From positions 81,278 through 145,277 of the forward strand of contig DISH01000007.1 in the NCBI GenBank assembly GCA_002421665.1: DNA of 64,000 nt, read 5' to 3'. Both the position numbers and the translations under genes were made by a program. The notes below the pieces were generated by a model. It was not told where the DNA came from and ran no database searches. It worked only from the letters and a program-made list of their open reading frames with translations. Positions 26,625-35,679 of the stretch are shown here, in pieces (within the stretch, counting starts at the first letter, position 1; the number at the start of each line of letters is the position of its first letter). The stretch comes from Candidatus Omnitrophica bacterium UBA6215. Its GTDB lineage: Bacteria > Omnitrophota > Gorgyraeia > Pluralincolimonadales > Pluralincolimonadaceae.

Positions 26625-27581
26625 TCAGCTTGAAAGCATATATATCAGTTTATCCTTGATCGTCTTCCAAAAACAGGTTTTGCCCGTATTTATACTCACA
26701 AACGCGCTCATACCGGTCCTGAGATCTTTCGGAACTTCTTCCTTGAAATCTATAAGAACGTTTATAACATTCTCCTTTACTATCAACCTGTCCTCTTTTT
26801 CCCAAAAAATCGGCCTTATCTCCCTTAATTCCCCTTTGTATATCTTTTCAGGAAAAGCGTAGAATCTTACAGCCGCCGGTAATCCGATTTTTGCGTACTG
26901 GATCTTTTTTTCCTCTATCGGGAACTCCAATAGAAACTTTGAATTGTCGACAACCTGACATATTCTTTCGCCCTTTTCGACCACTGAAGCCGATTTATCC
27001 TTGAGCTTCCCGACAACAACCCCTCTCATAGGGCTTTTGACTCGCGTCATTTCAACGCATTTCAGCAGGTATTCCCTTCTCTTCAAAAGGATATCAAATT
27101 CCTGTTTATTTATTTCAAGCTCATGGCGCGCGTTATTGTACTTAAGACGGGTCAGCTCCATCTCGGCAGGGGCTATAACTTCGTCATTATAGAGATTGAG
27201 ATTCCTGTCCAGAACTTTCCTGTGCCAAGCTATCTCCTCTTCCAGTTTCTTAGTCTCTTCACTCAAAATTATCTCTTTTTTGTAAGATGTATCGAGTTCG
27301 GAAACAAGCTCCAGGTTCTTGATCTCCAGCAAATCATCCCCTTCTTTAACAAAGCTGCCTTCGTCCGCGAAAATACCCGAAATTATTCCGGATTGGAAAG
27401 CGTCAATATAGCAGTACCTTTCCGGCACCACTCTCGCGATACCGCTTATGCTCCTTCCAAAAGGAACAAAACCGCAAATCACGATAACAACAATAAATAC
27501 CAGGAATTTCCTGTTATATTCTCTTGCTATCTTTTTCTTTTCTTGTTCGGTAGATTTAAATAGATCGGGTTTTTCGTTCAT
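26625..27581 (-). CDS. HlyD-family membrane fusion protein (periplasmic adaptor)
   Basis: Single N-terminal TM, coiled-coil hairpin and a C-terminal beta domain. Confidence 0.65.
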   Translation of the reverse strand: MNEKPDLFKSTEQEKKKIAREYNRKFLVFIVVIVICGFVPFGRSISGIARVVPERYCYIDAFQSGIISGIFADEGSFVKEGDDLLEIKNLELVSELDTSYKKEIILSEETKKLEEEIAWHRKVLDRNLNLYNDEVIAPAEMELTRLKYNNARHELEINKQEFDILLKRREYLLKCVEMTRVKSPMRGVVVGKLKDKSASVVEKGERICQVVDNSKFLLEFPIEEKKIQYAKIGLPAAVRFYAFPEKIYKGELREIRPIFWEKEDRLIVKENVINVLIDFKEEVPKDLRTGMSAFVSINTGKTCFWKTIKDKLIYMLSS

Positions 27582-27582
27582 T

Positions 27583-29181
27583 TTATTCGCTCCTCATTGC
27601 GGTAAGGTAAACTACCGGTACTGCCGCTACAAAACTGATTATAAACGGGGAACTGATTATCAGCCAATGCGTTGAATATTTCAGGCCGAGATAAACACAT
27701 ATTAAACCGAATAAGGTCCCGGGGAGAAGGCTCTTGACGGTCTCGAATAAAGTAATCCCCTCGAGAGGATTCTTTTTCATGGGTTTCCAGTTAAACCTGT
27801 TAAAAGGCATCAACAGCAGATCCATTGTAATATAAAAAACATTATTTAACGCTACAAGGGTTGAGAACAATACTTCCAAAATCAAATTGGTAACATCTTT
27901 CATAGAACGGCAGGCAACCAGTTTATGAAAAGCCATTATAAGAAGTGAGCCTATAAGCATTGTCGAAAGTTCAAGGTCTATCATGGAATAACCGATAAAA
28001 GCGTATCTTTGAAAACTCAATAACTGCCCGCCAATTTCAGAAGCACAGAAGAACCCGGAAATAAGCCACAAAAGAAGGAGCACATGCGCAAGATAGGAAT
28101 AAACACAATAACCTATATGATATCTTGTGGCTAAGGATATGCCCGGCAAAAAAGGCAGACTCCACGCCTGAAAAGTTCCTTTTGCCCAACGGCTGTCTCG
28201 TTTTCTCGCCTCGAGGTAGTTGCCGGGAACTTCTTCATAGCTGACTATATCCTCGCAAAAACATGTTCTGTAACCTATTTGATCGAGATATGCGGTCTCC
28301 CAAATGTCGTGGCATATAATCCCTTTCCTAAGCCTGACCCTCGAGAACGGGTCAATCCGTATGATATTTCCATGGCCAACCGACATTGACCTCTCAAATA
28401 TTCTCCAGACCGCCGTTACATTAAACCTTTGAGAAGATTCGGTCGCAAGCGCTATAAACTTGCTAAAAAAAGTCTTAGCGTGTATTACCCTTATCCCTCC
28501 CTGAAAAATAGCTATGTCCGAATTATCAGGGTGTTCGGCTTTATCTATGAATTTTTGAACTGTACCCGCAGGCATTACACTGTCGGCATCGCACACTATC
28601 ATGTATTTGTAATACCCGCCTTTATCTCCGATCCAATCGCTTATATTGCCTTGTTTCTTCTCGACGGGGTCAGGTCGGTTCCTGTAATTGACGGGAACAT
28701 TTTTAAACTCTATGCGGAGTTTTTCGACTATGTCTTTCTCATATTCAAGAACCTGACCTTTTGAATCGCTAAGAATCCAAAAATGCACATTATCTTCTTT
28801 ATTATTCTCTATGGTATATCTTATCCTTTCGTACAAACCGAACGCCTCGTCTTTAACAGGATACACAACGGCAGTCATTGGATTGACGGCCGGCCTGGCT
28901 TCGGGCAATATATTAGGGCTTGAGAAGAAATAGAATATCGCCTGAGTTAAAGCGAGGCAAACGTTATACACAAGAACACAAAAACCGGATAACCACAATA
29001 GGGGGAACAACATATTCCCCTCTTCAAAAATTATCATCCCCGCCATTATATATGTAACTACGAAAGTCAAAATAAAGGCGGTGAAGACAAAAAGATATCC
29101 CCTTGTCGTATTTTTTCTTTTCATTTTATTATTATAAGGTGATTGGTTATACAAGTTTAGCATAAATCGGGGATTGTTCAA
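27583..29181 (-). CDS. opgH: OpgH/MdoH-family glucan biosynthesis glucosyltransferase (GT2, membrane-embedded)
   Basis: DxD motif (CDADS) and IICHDIWETAYL…SYEEVPGNYLEARKRDSRWAKGT align with E. coli MdoH ILSHDFVEAALM…[23 protein letters not shown]. Multiple TM helices flank the catalytic domain. Alternative starts exist at M7 and M20. Confidence 0.75.
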   Translation of the reverse strand: MNNPRFMLNLYNQSPYNNKMKRKNTTRGYLFVFTAFILTFVVTYIMAGMIIFEEGNMLFPLLWLSGFCVLVYNVCLALTQAIFYFFSSPNILPEARPAVNPMTAVVYPVKDEAFGLYERIRYTIENNKEDNVHFWILSDSKGQVLEYEKDIVEKLRIEFKNVPVNYRNRPDPVEKKQGNISDWIGDKGGYYKYMIVCDADSVMPAGTVQKFIDKAEHPDNSDIAIFQGGIRVIHAKTFFSKFIALATESSQRFNVTAVWRIFERSMSVGHGNIIRIDPFSRVRLRKGIICHDIWETAYLDQIGYRTCFCEDIVSYEEVPGNYLEARKRDSRWAKGTFQAWSLPFLPGISLATRYHIGYCVYSYLAHVLLLLWLISGFFCASEIGGQLLSFQRYAFIGYSMIDLELSTMLIGSLLIMAFHKLVACRSMKDVTNLILEVLFSTLVALNNVFYITMDLLLMPFNRFNWKPMKKNPLEGITLFETVKSLLPGTLFGLICVYLGLKYSTHWLIISSPFIISFVAAVPVVYLTAMRSE

Positions 29182-29256
29182 ATGAAATATATTGTTTTTA
29201 TATAGTAAATATTTATTATATTACGTTTTGAAATAAGGCGGGAAACGCCGGAACCG

Positions 29257-30228
29257 TCAATTCCTGCGTTCCAGGACGTAATCGGCGATGTCATAGAATG
29301 TCTTCCTTAACATGCCGTCCGACTCGGTGAGCTTCTTCTTGGCAAGCCTGATATAATTAAAGGCTATGGTCCTCGATCGGGATACCGCACCGGAAGTCAA
29401 GGCCCTTTGCTTCAATATGCGGTGGGATGATTTTCCCCCGGCAGTAATAAGGTCCATTATCTTTGCCCTCTCCCTGCGGCCGGCCCCCTCCAACATGAAT
29501 ATTATCGGGAGGGTAAGCTTGCCCTCGTCTATATCCTGCCACACGGACTTGCCGAGGCTCTTCTCCTGGCCTATCAGGTCGAGACAGTCATCGATGATCT
29601 GGAAAGCCATACCCAGGTAAAGACCGTATGCGGCCAGGCGGTCAACCTTCTCCCTGCTGAGCCCTCCAAGCATGGCCCCCGCAGTACAGCAATCGGATAT
29701 AAGATACGCGCTCTTGCGCTTGATTATGTCCAGGTATTCCTGTTCGGTCATCCCGAAATTATAGGTATTGGAAAGCTGGGCGAGTTCTCCTTCACACATG
29801 CGGGCGGCAGTCTTTGAGAAGACCTTCATTATCTCGGGCTCTTCTATCTTCGACACGATATCAAAAGCCCTTGCCAGGAGGTAATCGCCGGCTATTACCG
29901 ATATGGCATTACCCCATTTTCTGTTGAGGGTCTTCTGCCTGCGGCGCAGGACGGCGTCATCGATGATATCATCGTGGATAAGGCTTGCGGCATGTATGAG
30001 TTCGATAGCGACACCGACAGATATTGCCTTATCCATCTTGGCACCGTCGCCCATTTTCGCGGAAAGCAGGACAAGCATTGGCCTGAAGAATTTGCCGTGC
30101 GTCCTGGAAAGGTATTTGCCTATGCCTTTTATAGGTTCCGCCTGCCATCTGAGCTGGTGGGCGTAATTGCTTTTAACAACGGCAAGTTCGGCTTTTACGG
30201 GCCTGACTATATCTTCGAGGTCGTTCAA
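29257..30228 (-). CDS. ispB: Polyprenyl diphosphate synthase (IspB/heptaprenyl-type)
   Basis: Two DDxxD motifs (LIHDDIIDDA, FQIIDDCLD). Confidence 0.8.
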   Translation of the reverse strand: MNDLEDIVRPVKAELAVVKSNYAHQLRWQAEPIKGIGKYLSRTHGKFFRPMLVLLSAKMGDGAKMDKAISVGVAIELIHAASLIHDDIIDDAVLRRRQKTLNRKWGNAISVIAGDYLLARAFDIVSKIEEPEIMKVFSKTAARMCEGELAQLSNTYNFGMTEQEYLDIIKRKSAYLISDCCTAGAMLGGLSREKVDRLAAYGLYLGMAFQIIDDCLDLIGQEKSLGKSVWQDIDEGKLTLPIIFMLEGAGRRERAKIMDLITAGGKSSHRILKQRALTSGAVSRSRTIAFNYIRLAKKKLTESDGMLRKTFYDIADYVLERRN

Positions 30229-30248
30229 ATTTGCCTCTGTAACCAGAA

Positions 30249-31646
30249 TTATTCTTCGGAATCATCCCCAAAAAGATCGGGCAGGAACTTCTTGGCCTTC
30301 CTTATCATCTCCTGCTTCGATATCGATGTGGTCCTGCCTTTCGCGTACTCCGAATCCACCCATTCTTTTATCTTCAGGACCCCGGGGTTATCCTTTCCGA
30401 CTTCTTTTTCTTTATCAAGATTTAGATTCAGATTAAGCCATTTGGCTATACCCGCGACCCCGGACTTGTCGTTTATGGCGACAGCGACCCTTTTCTTGAG
30501 GATCTTTTCGGTATTGAAGACATTATATATCTCCTCATCCTTCATCAGCCCGTCCGCATGGATGCCGGCGCTGGTCGTGTTAAAACCCCTGCCGACGAAC
30601 GGCTGGTTATTCGGGATCTCGTAGCCTATCTCTTTCTCAAAATATTCAGCTATATCGGTAATAACGGTCGTATCTATGCCGTCCTTGACCCCGCGAAGCG
30701 CGAGGTATTCCATGACTAGGGCCTCAACCGGGGTATTGCCAGTCCTCTCCCCGATGCCCAGCAGTGCGCCGTTGGCGGCGCAACATCCGTAAAGCCATGA
30801 GGTCGTCGCGTTTATAAGGCCATGGTAAAAATCGTTATGGCCGTGCCATTCAAGCTGCTCCGGAGGGACCTCGGCAAGATTTACGAGCCCGTATATGATC
30901 CCTTTTACGCTTCGCGGAAGCGCGGTACCCGGGTAGGTAACGCCGTATCCGAGCGTATCGCAGGCCCTTATCTTTATGGGTATGCCGGATTCCTTCGACA
31001 GTTCCATCAACTCCTGCACAAAAGGCACCACAAACCCGTAGAAATCGGCGCGCGTTATGTCCTCCAGGTGGCACCTCGGCACGATACCCAGGTCAAGCGC
31101 GGCTTTGACAACACCAAGATACATGTCCATCGCCTGCTTCCTGGTCTTCTTCAGCTTTAGGAATATGTGGTAATCGGAAGCGGACGTTAATATGCCCGTC
31201 TCCTTCAGGCCCATCTCCTTAACCAGCTTAAAATCTTCCTTAACGGGCCTTATCCAGCCGGTGATCTGCGGAAACTTATACCCCAGGCTCATGCATTTCC
31301 TGACGGCTTCCTTATCCTTTTCGGTATAGAGGAAAAACTCGCACTGCCGTATTAGGCCGTCTGAGCCCCCGAGTTTGTGCATCATCGTATAAAGGTCAAC
31401 TATCTGCTTTGCGGTAAAAGGCGGTAAAGACTGCTGCCCGTCCCTGAAAGTGGTATCGGTGATCCATACGTCATCCGGAGGGTTCATCGGGACTATACGG
31501 TGATTAAATACCACCTTCGGGACATCCGAATAATTATATATCTCCCTGAAAAGGTTCGGTTCATCAATGTCCTGAAGCTCATATCTGTAATATTCTTCTT
31601 CGAGGGTGTTGGTCTTCTTGTTGAACTTTATTTCGCCTTTTCTCAT
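30249..31646 (-). CDS. HMGL-like 2-oxoacid:acetyl-CoA condensing enzyme (isopropylmalate/citramalate/homocitrate/Re-citrate synthase family)
   Basis: DTTFRDGQQS and HGHNDFYHGLINATTS (HxH metal site) are characteristic of the LeuA/NifV family. The exact substrate cannot be decided. Confidence 0.6.
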   Translation of the reverse strand: MRKGEIKFNKKTNTLEEEYYRYELQDIDEPNLFREIYNYSDVPKVVFNHRIVPMNPPDDVWITDTTFRDGQQSLPPFTAKQIVDLYTMMHKLGGSDGLIRQCEFFLYTEKDKEAVRKCMSLGYKFPQITGWIRPVKEDFKLVKEMGLKETGILTSASDYHIFLKLKKTRKQAMDMYLGVVKAALDLGIVPRCHLEDITRADFYGFVVPFVQELMELSKESGIPIKIRACDTLGYGVTYPGTALPRSVKGIIYGLVNLAEVPPEQLEWHGHNDFYHGLINATTSWLYGCCAANGALLGIGERTGNTPVEALVMEYLALRGVKDGIDTTVITDIAEYFEKEIGYEIPNNQPFVGRGFNTTSAGIHADGLMKDEEIYNVFNTEKILKKRVAVAINDKSGVAGIAKWLNLNLNLDKEKEVGKDNPGVLKIKEWVDSEYAKGRTTSISKQEMIRKAKKFLPDLFGDDSEE

Positions 31647-31662
31647 CTTCGGTCCCTCTCCG

Positions 31663-32604
31663 TTATATCATCCGGGATTTTCTAAGATATTCTATTCCTT
31701 CTTTCACCTGCGCGGCCGATCTCTTCAAAGCTTCTGACTCCTCTGCGGAAAGAGCTATCTCAAGGGTCTCCTCGATGCCGTCCTCGCCTATCCTTGCCGG
31801 AACGCCGCAATAAACATCATTCAATCCATACTTCCCTTCAAGGTATACGCTTGCCGGCATGACCAGCGACTTATCCATAAGAACGGCCTCAAGCATTTCG
31901 CAGGCCGCGCTTGAAGGCGCATAATAGGCGCTTCCAGTCTTAAGCAGCGATACTATCTCGGCACCGCCATCCCTTGTCCTCTGGATAAGGGCATCTATCT
32001 CTTCCTTTGGCAACAACTCCGCAATAGGCCTGCCTTTTACCTTCGTGGACCCCATCACCGGGACCATCGAATCCCCGTGCCCGCCAAGGACCATGGTATC
32101 GACCTCGGACGGCAGGATATTAAGTTTCCCCGATATAAAATACTTTAATCTCGCCGTATCAAGGACACCGGCCATGCCGAATACCTTCTTGCTCTCGAAA
32201 CCCGACAGCTTCCAGGCCAGGTATGTCATTATATCCAGTGGATTGGTAACCATTATTATAACGGCATCCGGGCAATACCTCTTTACGTTCCCGATTATCC
32301 CGGATATGATCTCCGCATTCCTGGCAAGAAGGTCCTCGCGCGTCATCCCGGGTTTCCTGGCCAGGCCGGCTGTAACCACTACCGCGCCGGAACCCTTTAT
32401 TATCGAGTAATCCGAGCCTCCCTCTATCTTGAAATTGTATTCCTCGATAGAACTTGCCTGCGCCAGGTCAAGGGCCTTGCCTCTTGCCAGGCCGTCGGCT
32501 ATATCGACGATAGCGACATCGGCAAGCTTGCGTTCGACTATCCTCTGGGCGCATGTGCCTCCGACCTGCCCGGCGCCTATCACGGCTACCTTCATATTAT
32601 TCAA
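31663..32604 (-). CDS. mdh: Malate dehydrogenase (LDH-like MDH family)
   Basis: MKVAVIGAGQVGG Rossmann motif, GLARKPGMTR (Arg at the substrate-specificity position) and LDH/MDH family features. Confidence 0.75.
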   Translation of the reverse strand: MNNMKVAVIGAGQVGGTCAQRIVERKLADVAIVDIADGLARGKALDLAQASSIEEYNFKIEGGSDYSIIKGSGAVVVTAGLARKPGMTREDLLARNAEIISGIIGNVKRYCPDAVIIMVTNPLDIMTYLAWKLSGFESKKVFGMAGVLDTARLKYFISGKLNILPSEVDTMVLGGHGDSMVPVMGSTKVKGRPIAELLPKEEIDALIQRTRDGGAEIVSLLKTGSAYYAPSSAACEMLEAVLMDKSLVMPASVYLEGKYGLNDVYCGVPARIGEDGIEETLEIALSAEESEALKRSAAQVKEGIEYLRKSRMI

Positions 32605-33097
32605 TCTTGAAATCCCCGTGTTTCTTTATGTGCTCCACCAACCCACCGTCGCCCAATATCCGGGTCATGGCCTTGGGAAGCGGCGCGAATTTCAACTCTA
32701 TCTTTTTGGTAAGGTCCTTTATGACACCTTTCTCAAGGTCCACTTCAAGCTCGTCGCCCGCGGCGATCTTGTCGGTATCGCATTCTATTACGGGCAAACC
32801 TATGTTTATCGCATTCCTGAAAAATATCCTCGCGAAAGACTTGGCAATTACACATGAGACGCCCGCCAGCTTGATTATAGTCGGGGCGTGTTCCCTGGAA
32901 GAACCCAGGCCGAAATTCCTGCCGCCGACTATGAAATCACCACCTGAGACCTTCTTTGCGAATTCCGCGTCAGCATCTTCGAGAACGTGTTTCGCCAGTT
33001 CGGGGAGATCGGAACGCAGGTGAAAATATCTTCCAGGCGCTATAAGGTCGGTCGATATGTCGTCCCCGAATTTCCAGGATCTTCCATGAAGTATCAT
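32597..33097 (-). CDS. leuD: 3-isopropylmalate/(homo)aconitate dehydratase small subunit (LeuD-like)
   Basis: Aconitase swivel-domain family; 166 aa. Confidence 0.7.
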   Translation of the reverse strand: MILHGRSWKFGDDISTDLIAPGRYFHLRSDLPELAKHVLEDADAEFAKKVSGGDFIVGGRNFGLGSSREHAPTIIKLAGVSCVIAKSFARIFFRNAINIGLPVIECDTDKIAAGDELEVDLEKGVIKDLTKKIELKFAPLPKAMTRILGDGGLVEHIKKHGDFKIE

Positions 33098-34351
33098 TTA
33101 AAAATACTCCCTGGGGTCGGTCAATTCCCCTTTTATGGCTGAAGCCGCGGCCGTAGCCGGAGAAACCAGGTAGACAAAGCCTTTAGGATTACCCATCCGT
33201 CCCAGGAAATTCCTGTTGGACGTAGAAACACAATTTTCCCCGTCGCCGAGTATGCCTCCGTGGACGCCAACGCAAGCGCCGCATCCAGGGGTAGTGACCG
33301 TCGCGCCGAAATCTATGAATATCTCGACAAGCCCTTCTTTCGCGGCCTGGAGATAGACCTCCTTGGAAGCCGGGGTCACTATTACTCTGGTATCAGGATC
33401 GCGCTTTTTGCCCTTCCATATCTCCGCCGCTATCCTGAGATCCTCGATCCTGCCGTTCGTGCACGAGCCTATGAAAACCTGGTGTACCTTTACCTCCCCC
33501 GCCTTGTCTATAGGTTTGGTATTGTCCACGGTATGCGGCATCGACACCATGGGGACAAGTTTGTCGACTTCGATATTTATTTCCCTGTCGTATTTCGCAT
33601 CTTTATCGGGCAGAACGGGCTTGAACTTGTCTTCCCTGCCATGCTGTTTAAGATACGATTTGGTCACCTTATCCGAAGCGAATATGCCTGCTTTAGCACC
33701 CGCCTCAACGGCCATATTGGATATAACGAGACGTTCCGGCATCGACAAAGACTCCATGGCGTCCCCGGTGAATTCCAAGGCCTTATAGGTAGCGCCCTCG
33801 GCGCCAAGCGTACCGATAAGGAACAATATAAAATCTTTCGCGAAAACACCCGGCTGGAATTTACCCGTGACTGACACTTTTATGGTCTTGGGCACCCGGA
33901 ACCAGGTCTTGCCGAGACCCATCGCAACAGCCACATCCGTGGAACCCATGCCGGTAGCGAACGCTCCGAGGGCACCGCCCGTGCAGGTATGGGAATCGGC
34001 CCCTACGAGTACGTCGCCCGGTGAAGTAAAAAGTTCGCTCATGATCTGGTGGCAAACCCCTTCGCCGATCTCAAACAGGTAGCAGCCGGTCTTACGGGCA
34101 AAGTTCCTGAGTGTTATATGGTCGTTCGAAAGCTCTTTTCTTGGCGAAGGCGCGGCATGGTCCAGGAATACCGCTATGCCTTGCGGATTCACCACTTCTT
34201 TTATTCCCAACTTATCCAACTGCCTGACCGCCAATGGACCCGTGCCGTCCTGTAACAGGCACAGATCTACCTTTACAATGGCAAAATCGTCTGCTTTTAA
34301 GTCCTTCCCGGAATGCTCGGAAAGGATCTTTTCCGATATAGTTTTTCCCAT
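33098..34351 (-). CDS. leuC: 3-isopropylmalate/(homo)aconitate dehydratase large subunit (LeuC-like, archaeal-type)
   Basis: Aconitase-family catalytic domain with Cys ligands (…DSHTCTGGALG…, …GSCTNGR…). Confidence 0.75.
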   Translation of the reverse strand: MGKTISEKILSEHSGKDLKADDFAIVKVDLCLLQDGTGPLAVRQLDKLGIKEVVNPQGIAVFLDHAAPSPRKELSNDHITLRNFARKTGCYLFEIGEGVCHQIMSELFTSPGDVLVGADSHTCTGGALGAFATGMGSTDVAVAMGLGKTWFRVPKTIKVSVTGKFQPGVFAKDFILFLIGTLGAEGATYKALEFTGDAMESLSMPERLVISNMAVEAGAKAGIFASDKVTKSYLKQHGREDKFKPVLPDKDAKYDREINIEVDKLVPMVSMPHTVDNTKPIDKAGEVKVHQVFIGSCTNGRIEDLRIAAEIWKGKKRDPDTRVIVTPASKEVYLQAAKEGLVEIFIDFGATVTTPGCGACVGVHGGILGDGENCVSTSNRNFLGRMGNPKGFVYLVSPATAAASAIKGELTDPREYF

Positions 34352-34376
34352 ATATTTTTTATCTGATTAGAGACAA

Positions 34377-34402
34377 AGCCCGGGAGTTTCGAAGGTCCCG
34401 GG
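34377..34402 (-). terminator. Rho-independent terminator hairpin (GCCCGGGA…TCCCGGGC) after gene 34434-34796
   Basis: 8-bp GC stem with a moderately U-rich 3' tail on the minus-strand transcript. Confidence 0.45.
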
Positions 34403-34433
34403 CTTATCTGTCTGGATTAATTCCGCTGCGATG

Positions 34434-34796
34434 TTACTTATCGGCGGGCCAGGATTCCTCGGTGGCTTTGCCGGGCATCTCTCCTGCACCGACAACTCCG
34501 GTCTTGATCGTATCGGCCGTTCCGGTAACGGGATTGGTTACCATATCTTTGGCCGCGCCTTCCTCTCCGGTCAGCGTTCCGCCGATGGCTTTACCTTCAT
34601 CGGCTACGGTATTTACGGCCTTGACTCCGGTATCACCGACCGCTTTGGCGCTGTCCTTAGCGGCATTGAAAGGCCACTGGAACACCCCGCGCCAGAACTT
34701 TACGAAACCGTTCTCCTGCTGATCCGCTGCAAAAACGTTTATAGACATAGCCGAAGCAACAAACACTACAACAAGCACCAACGCCAGCTTTTTCAT
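34434..34796 (-). CDS. Secreted hypothetical protein (signal peptide, Gly/Thr/Ala-rich)
   Basis: MKKLALVLVVVFVASAMSINVFA signal peptide. Confidence 0.5.
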   Translation of the reverse strand: MKKLALVLVVVFVASAMSINVFAADQQENGFVKFWRGVFQWPFNAAKDSAKAVGDTGVKAVNTVADEGKAIGGTLTGEEGAAKDMVTNPVTGTADTIKTGVVGAGEMPGKATEESWPADK

Positions 34797-34813
34797 TACT
34801 TGGCTCCTTTTTA

Positions 34814-34999
34814 TTATTCTATGGATATAGCCTCAACCGGACAGCTGTCCTTGGCTTCCTTGCAGGTCTCCTCAGCAGCTTTCGGCACAGGATCCACCTT
34901 AGCCGAAGCTGTATCACCTTTCATCTCAAATACATCCGGGCATATGTTTGTGCAAAGCTCGCATCCCGTGCAAAGGTTCGGGTCTACCTTAGCCTTCAT
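34814..34999 (-). CDS. 4Fe-4S ferredoxin (single-cluster, 61 aa)
   Basis: CTGCELCTNICP…C cluster-binding motif. Confidence 0.75.
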   Translation of the reverse strand: MKAKVDPNLCTGCELCTNICPDVFEMKGDTASAKVDPVPKAAEETCKEAKDSCPVEAISIE

Positions 35000-35679
35000 C
35001 TGTTCACCTCCTCAGTGCGCTCCACAAACAGTTCCCCGGCCAGTTTTTTTTCCTTTTCCGAAACCCGGCTTTCGATGAACCTAGCGTTCAAGCGTTCGGA
35101 CAAGCTGTTTATGAATGCGGTTTGAAGTACATTATACGACCATTTCCGAAAGACGTCAAGACATAAACTGACTTCCCCCTGGTGCAAAACTACATCTTTC
35201 CGGCGCCTTTGGGCCGCGCCGGCAACTTTCCTGCCGCATGCCATGACATCCGATATTACCGGAGATTCAAAACACTGCCCGGAAGATCTAGCGGGCGTTG
35301 AGGAAGACTTGTATATATGGGCCTGTATCCCGAGAGAGGCCAGCGCAGAAACTATAGCCTCGTGCACCTGAAGGTATGAAGCTGCCACACCCTTATCAAC
35401 GCACCCGGAAGATTCCCTGTATATGAGCGAATAAGTAAAGCCCTCCCCCCCGTGGGATACCGAACCGCCTCCCGTAGGCCTGCGGATTACGGGAACCTGC
35501 AACCCCGTAGGGGCGCGCCGGAACCTGCCAAAGGACATGCAGGGCTTGAGCCATTTGTAGACGCGAAGGGTGGGCATTGCCGCGTCGTCGGCCATTATTA
35601 TCATAATGGCCTCGTCTACGGCCATGTTCATAACCGGATCAAGGGCAGGGTCTATTATCAGGCGCCAGTCTTTTTCCAT
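34996..35679 (-). CDS. Lipoate-protein ligase / octanoyltransferase family protein (BPL_LplA_LipB)
   Basis: Family features and placement directly after the gcv operon. Confidence 0.65.
   Translation of the reverse strand: MEKDWRLIIDPALDPVMNMAVDEAIMIIMADDAAMPTLRVYKWLKPCMSFGRFRRAPTGLQVPVIRRPTGGGSVSHGGEGFTYSLIYRESSGCVDKGVAASYLQVHEAIVSALASLGIQAHIYKSSSTPARSSGQCFESPVISDVMACGRKVAGAAQRRRKDVVLHQGEVSLCLDVFRKWSYNVLQTAFINSLSERLNARFIESRVSEKEKKLAGELFVERTEEVNR

Noticed and set aside
33260-35078. Plus-strand ORFs 33260-33874 (204 aa) and 34431-35078 (215 aa)
   Set aside because: Antisense to the leuC-like gene and to the secreted-protein and ferredoxin genes respectively. No domain signatures.
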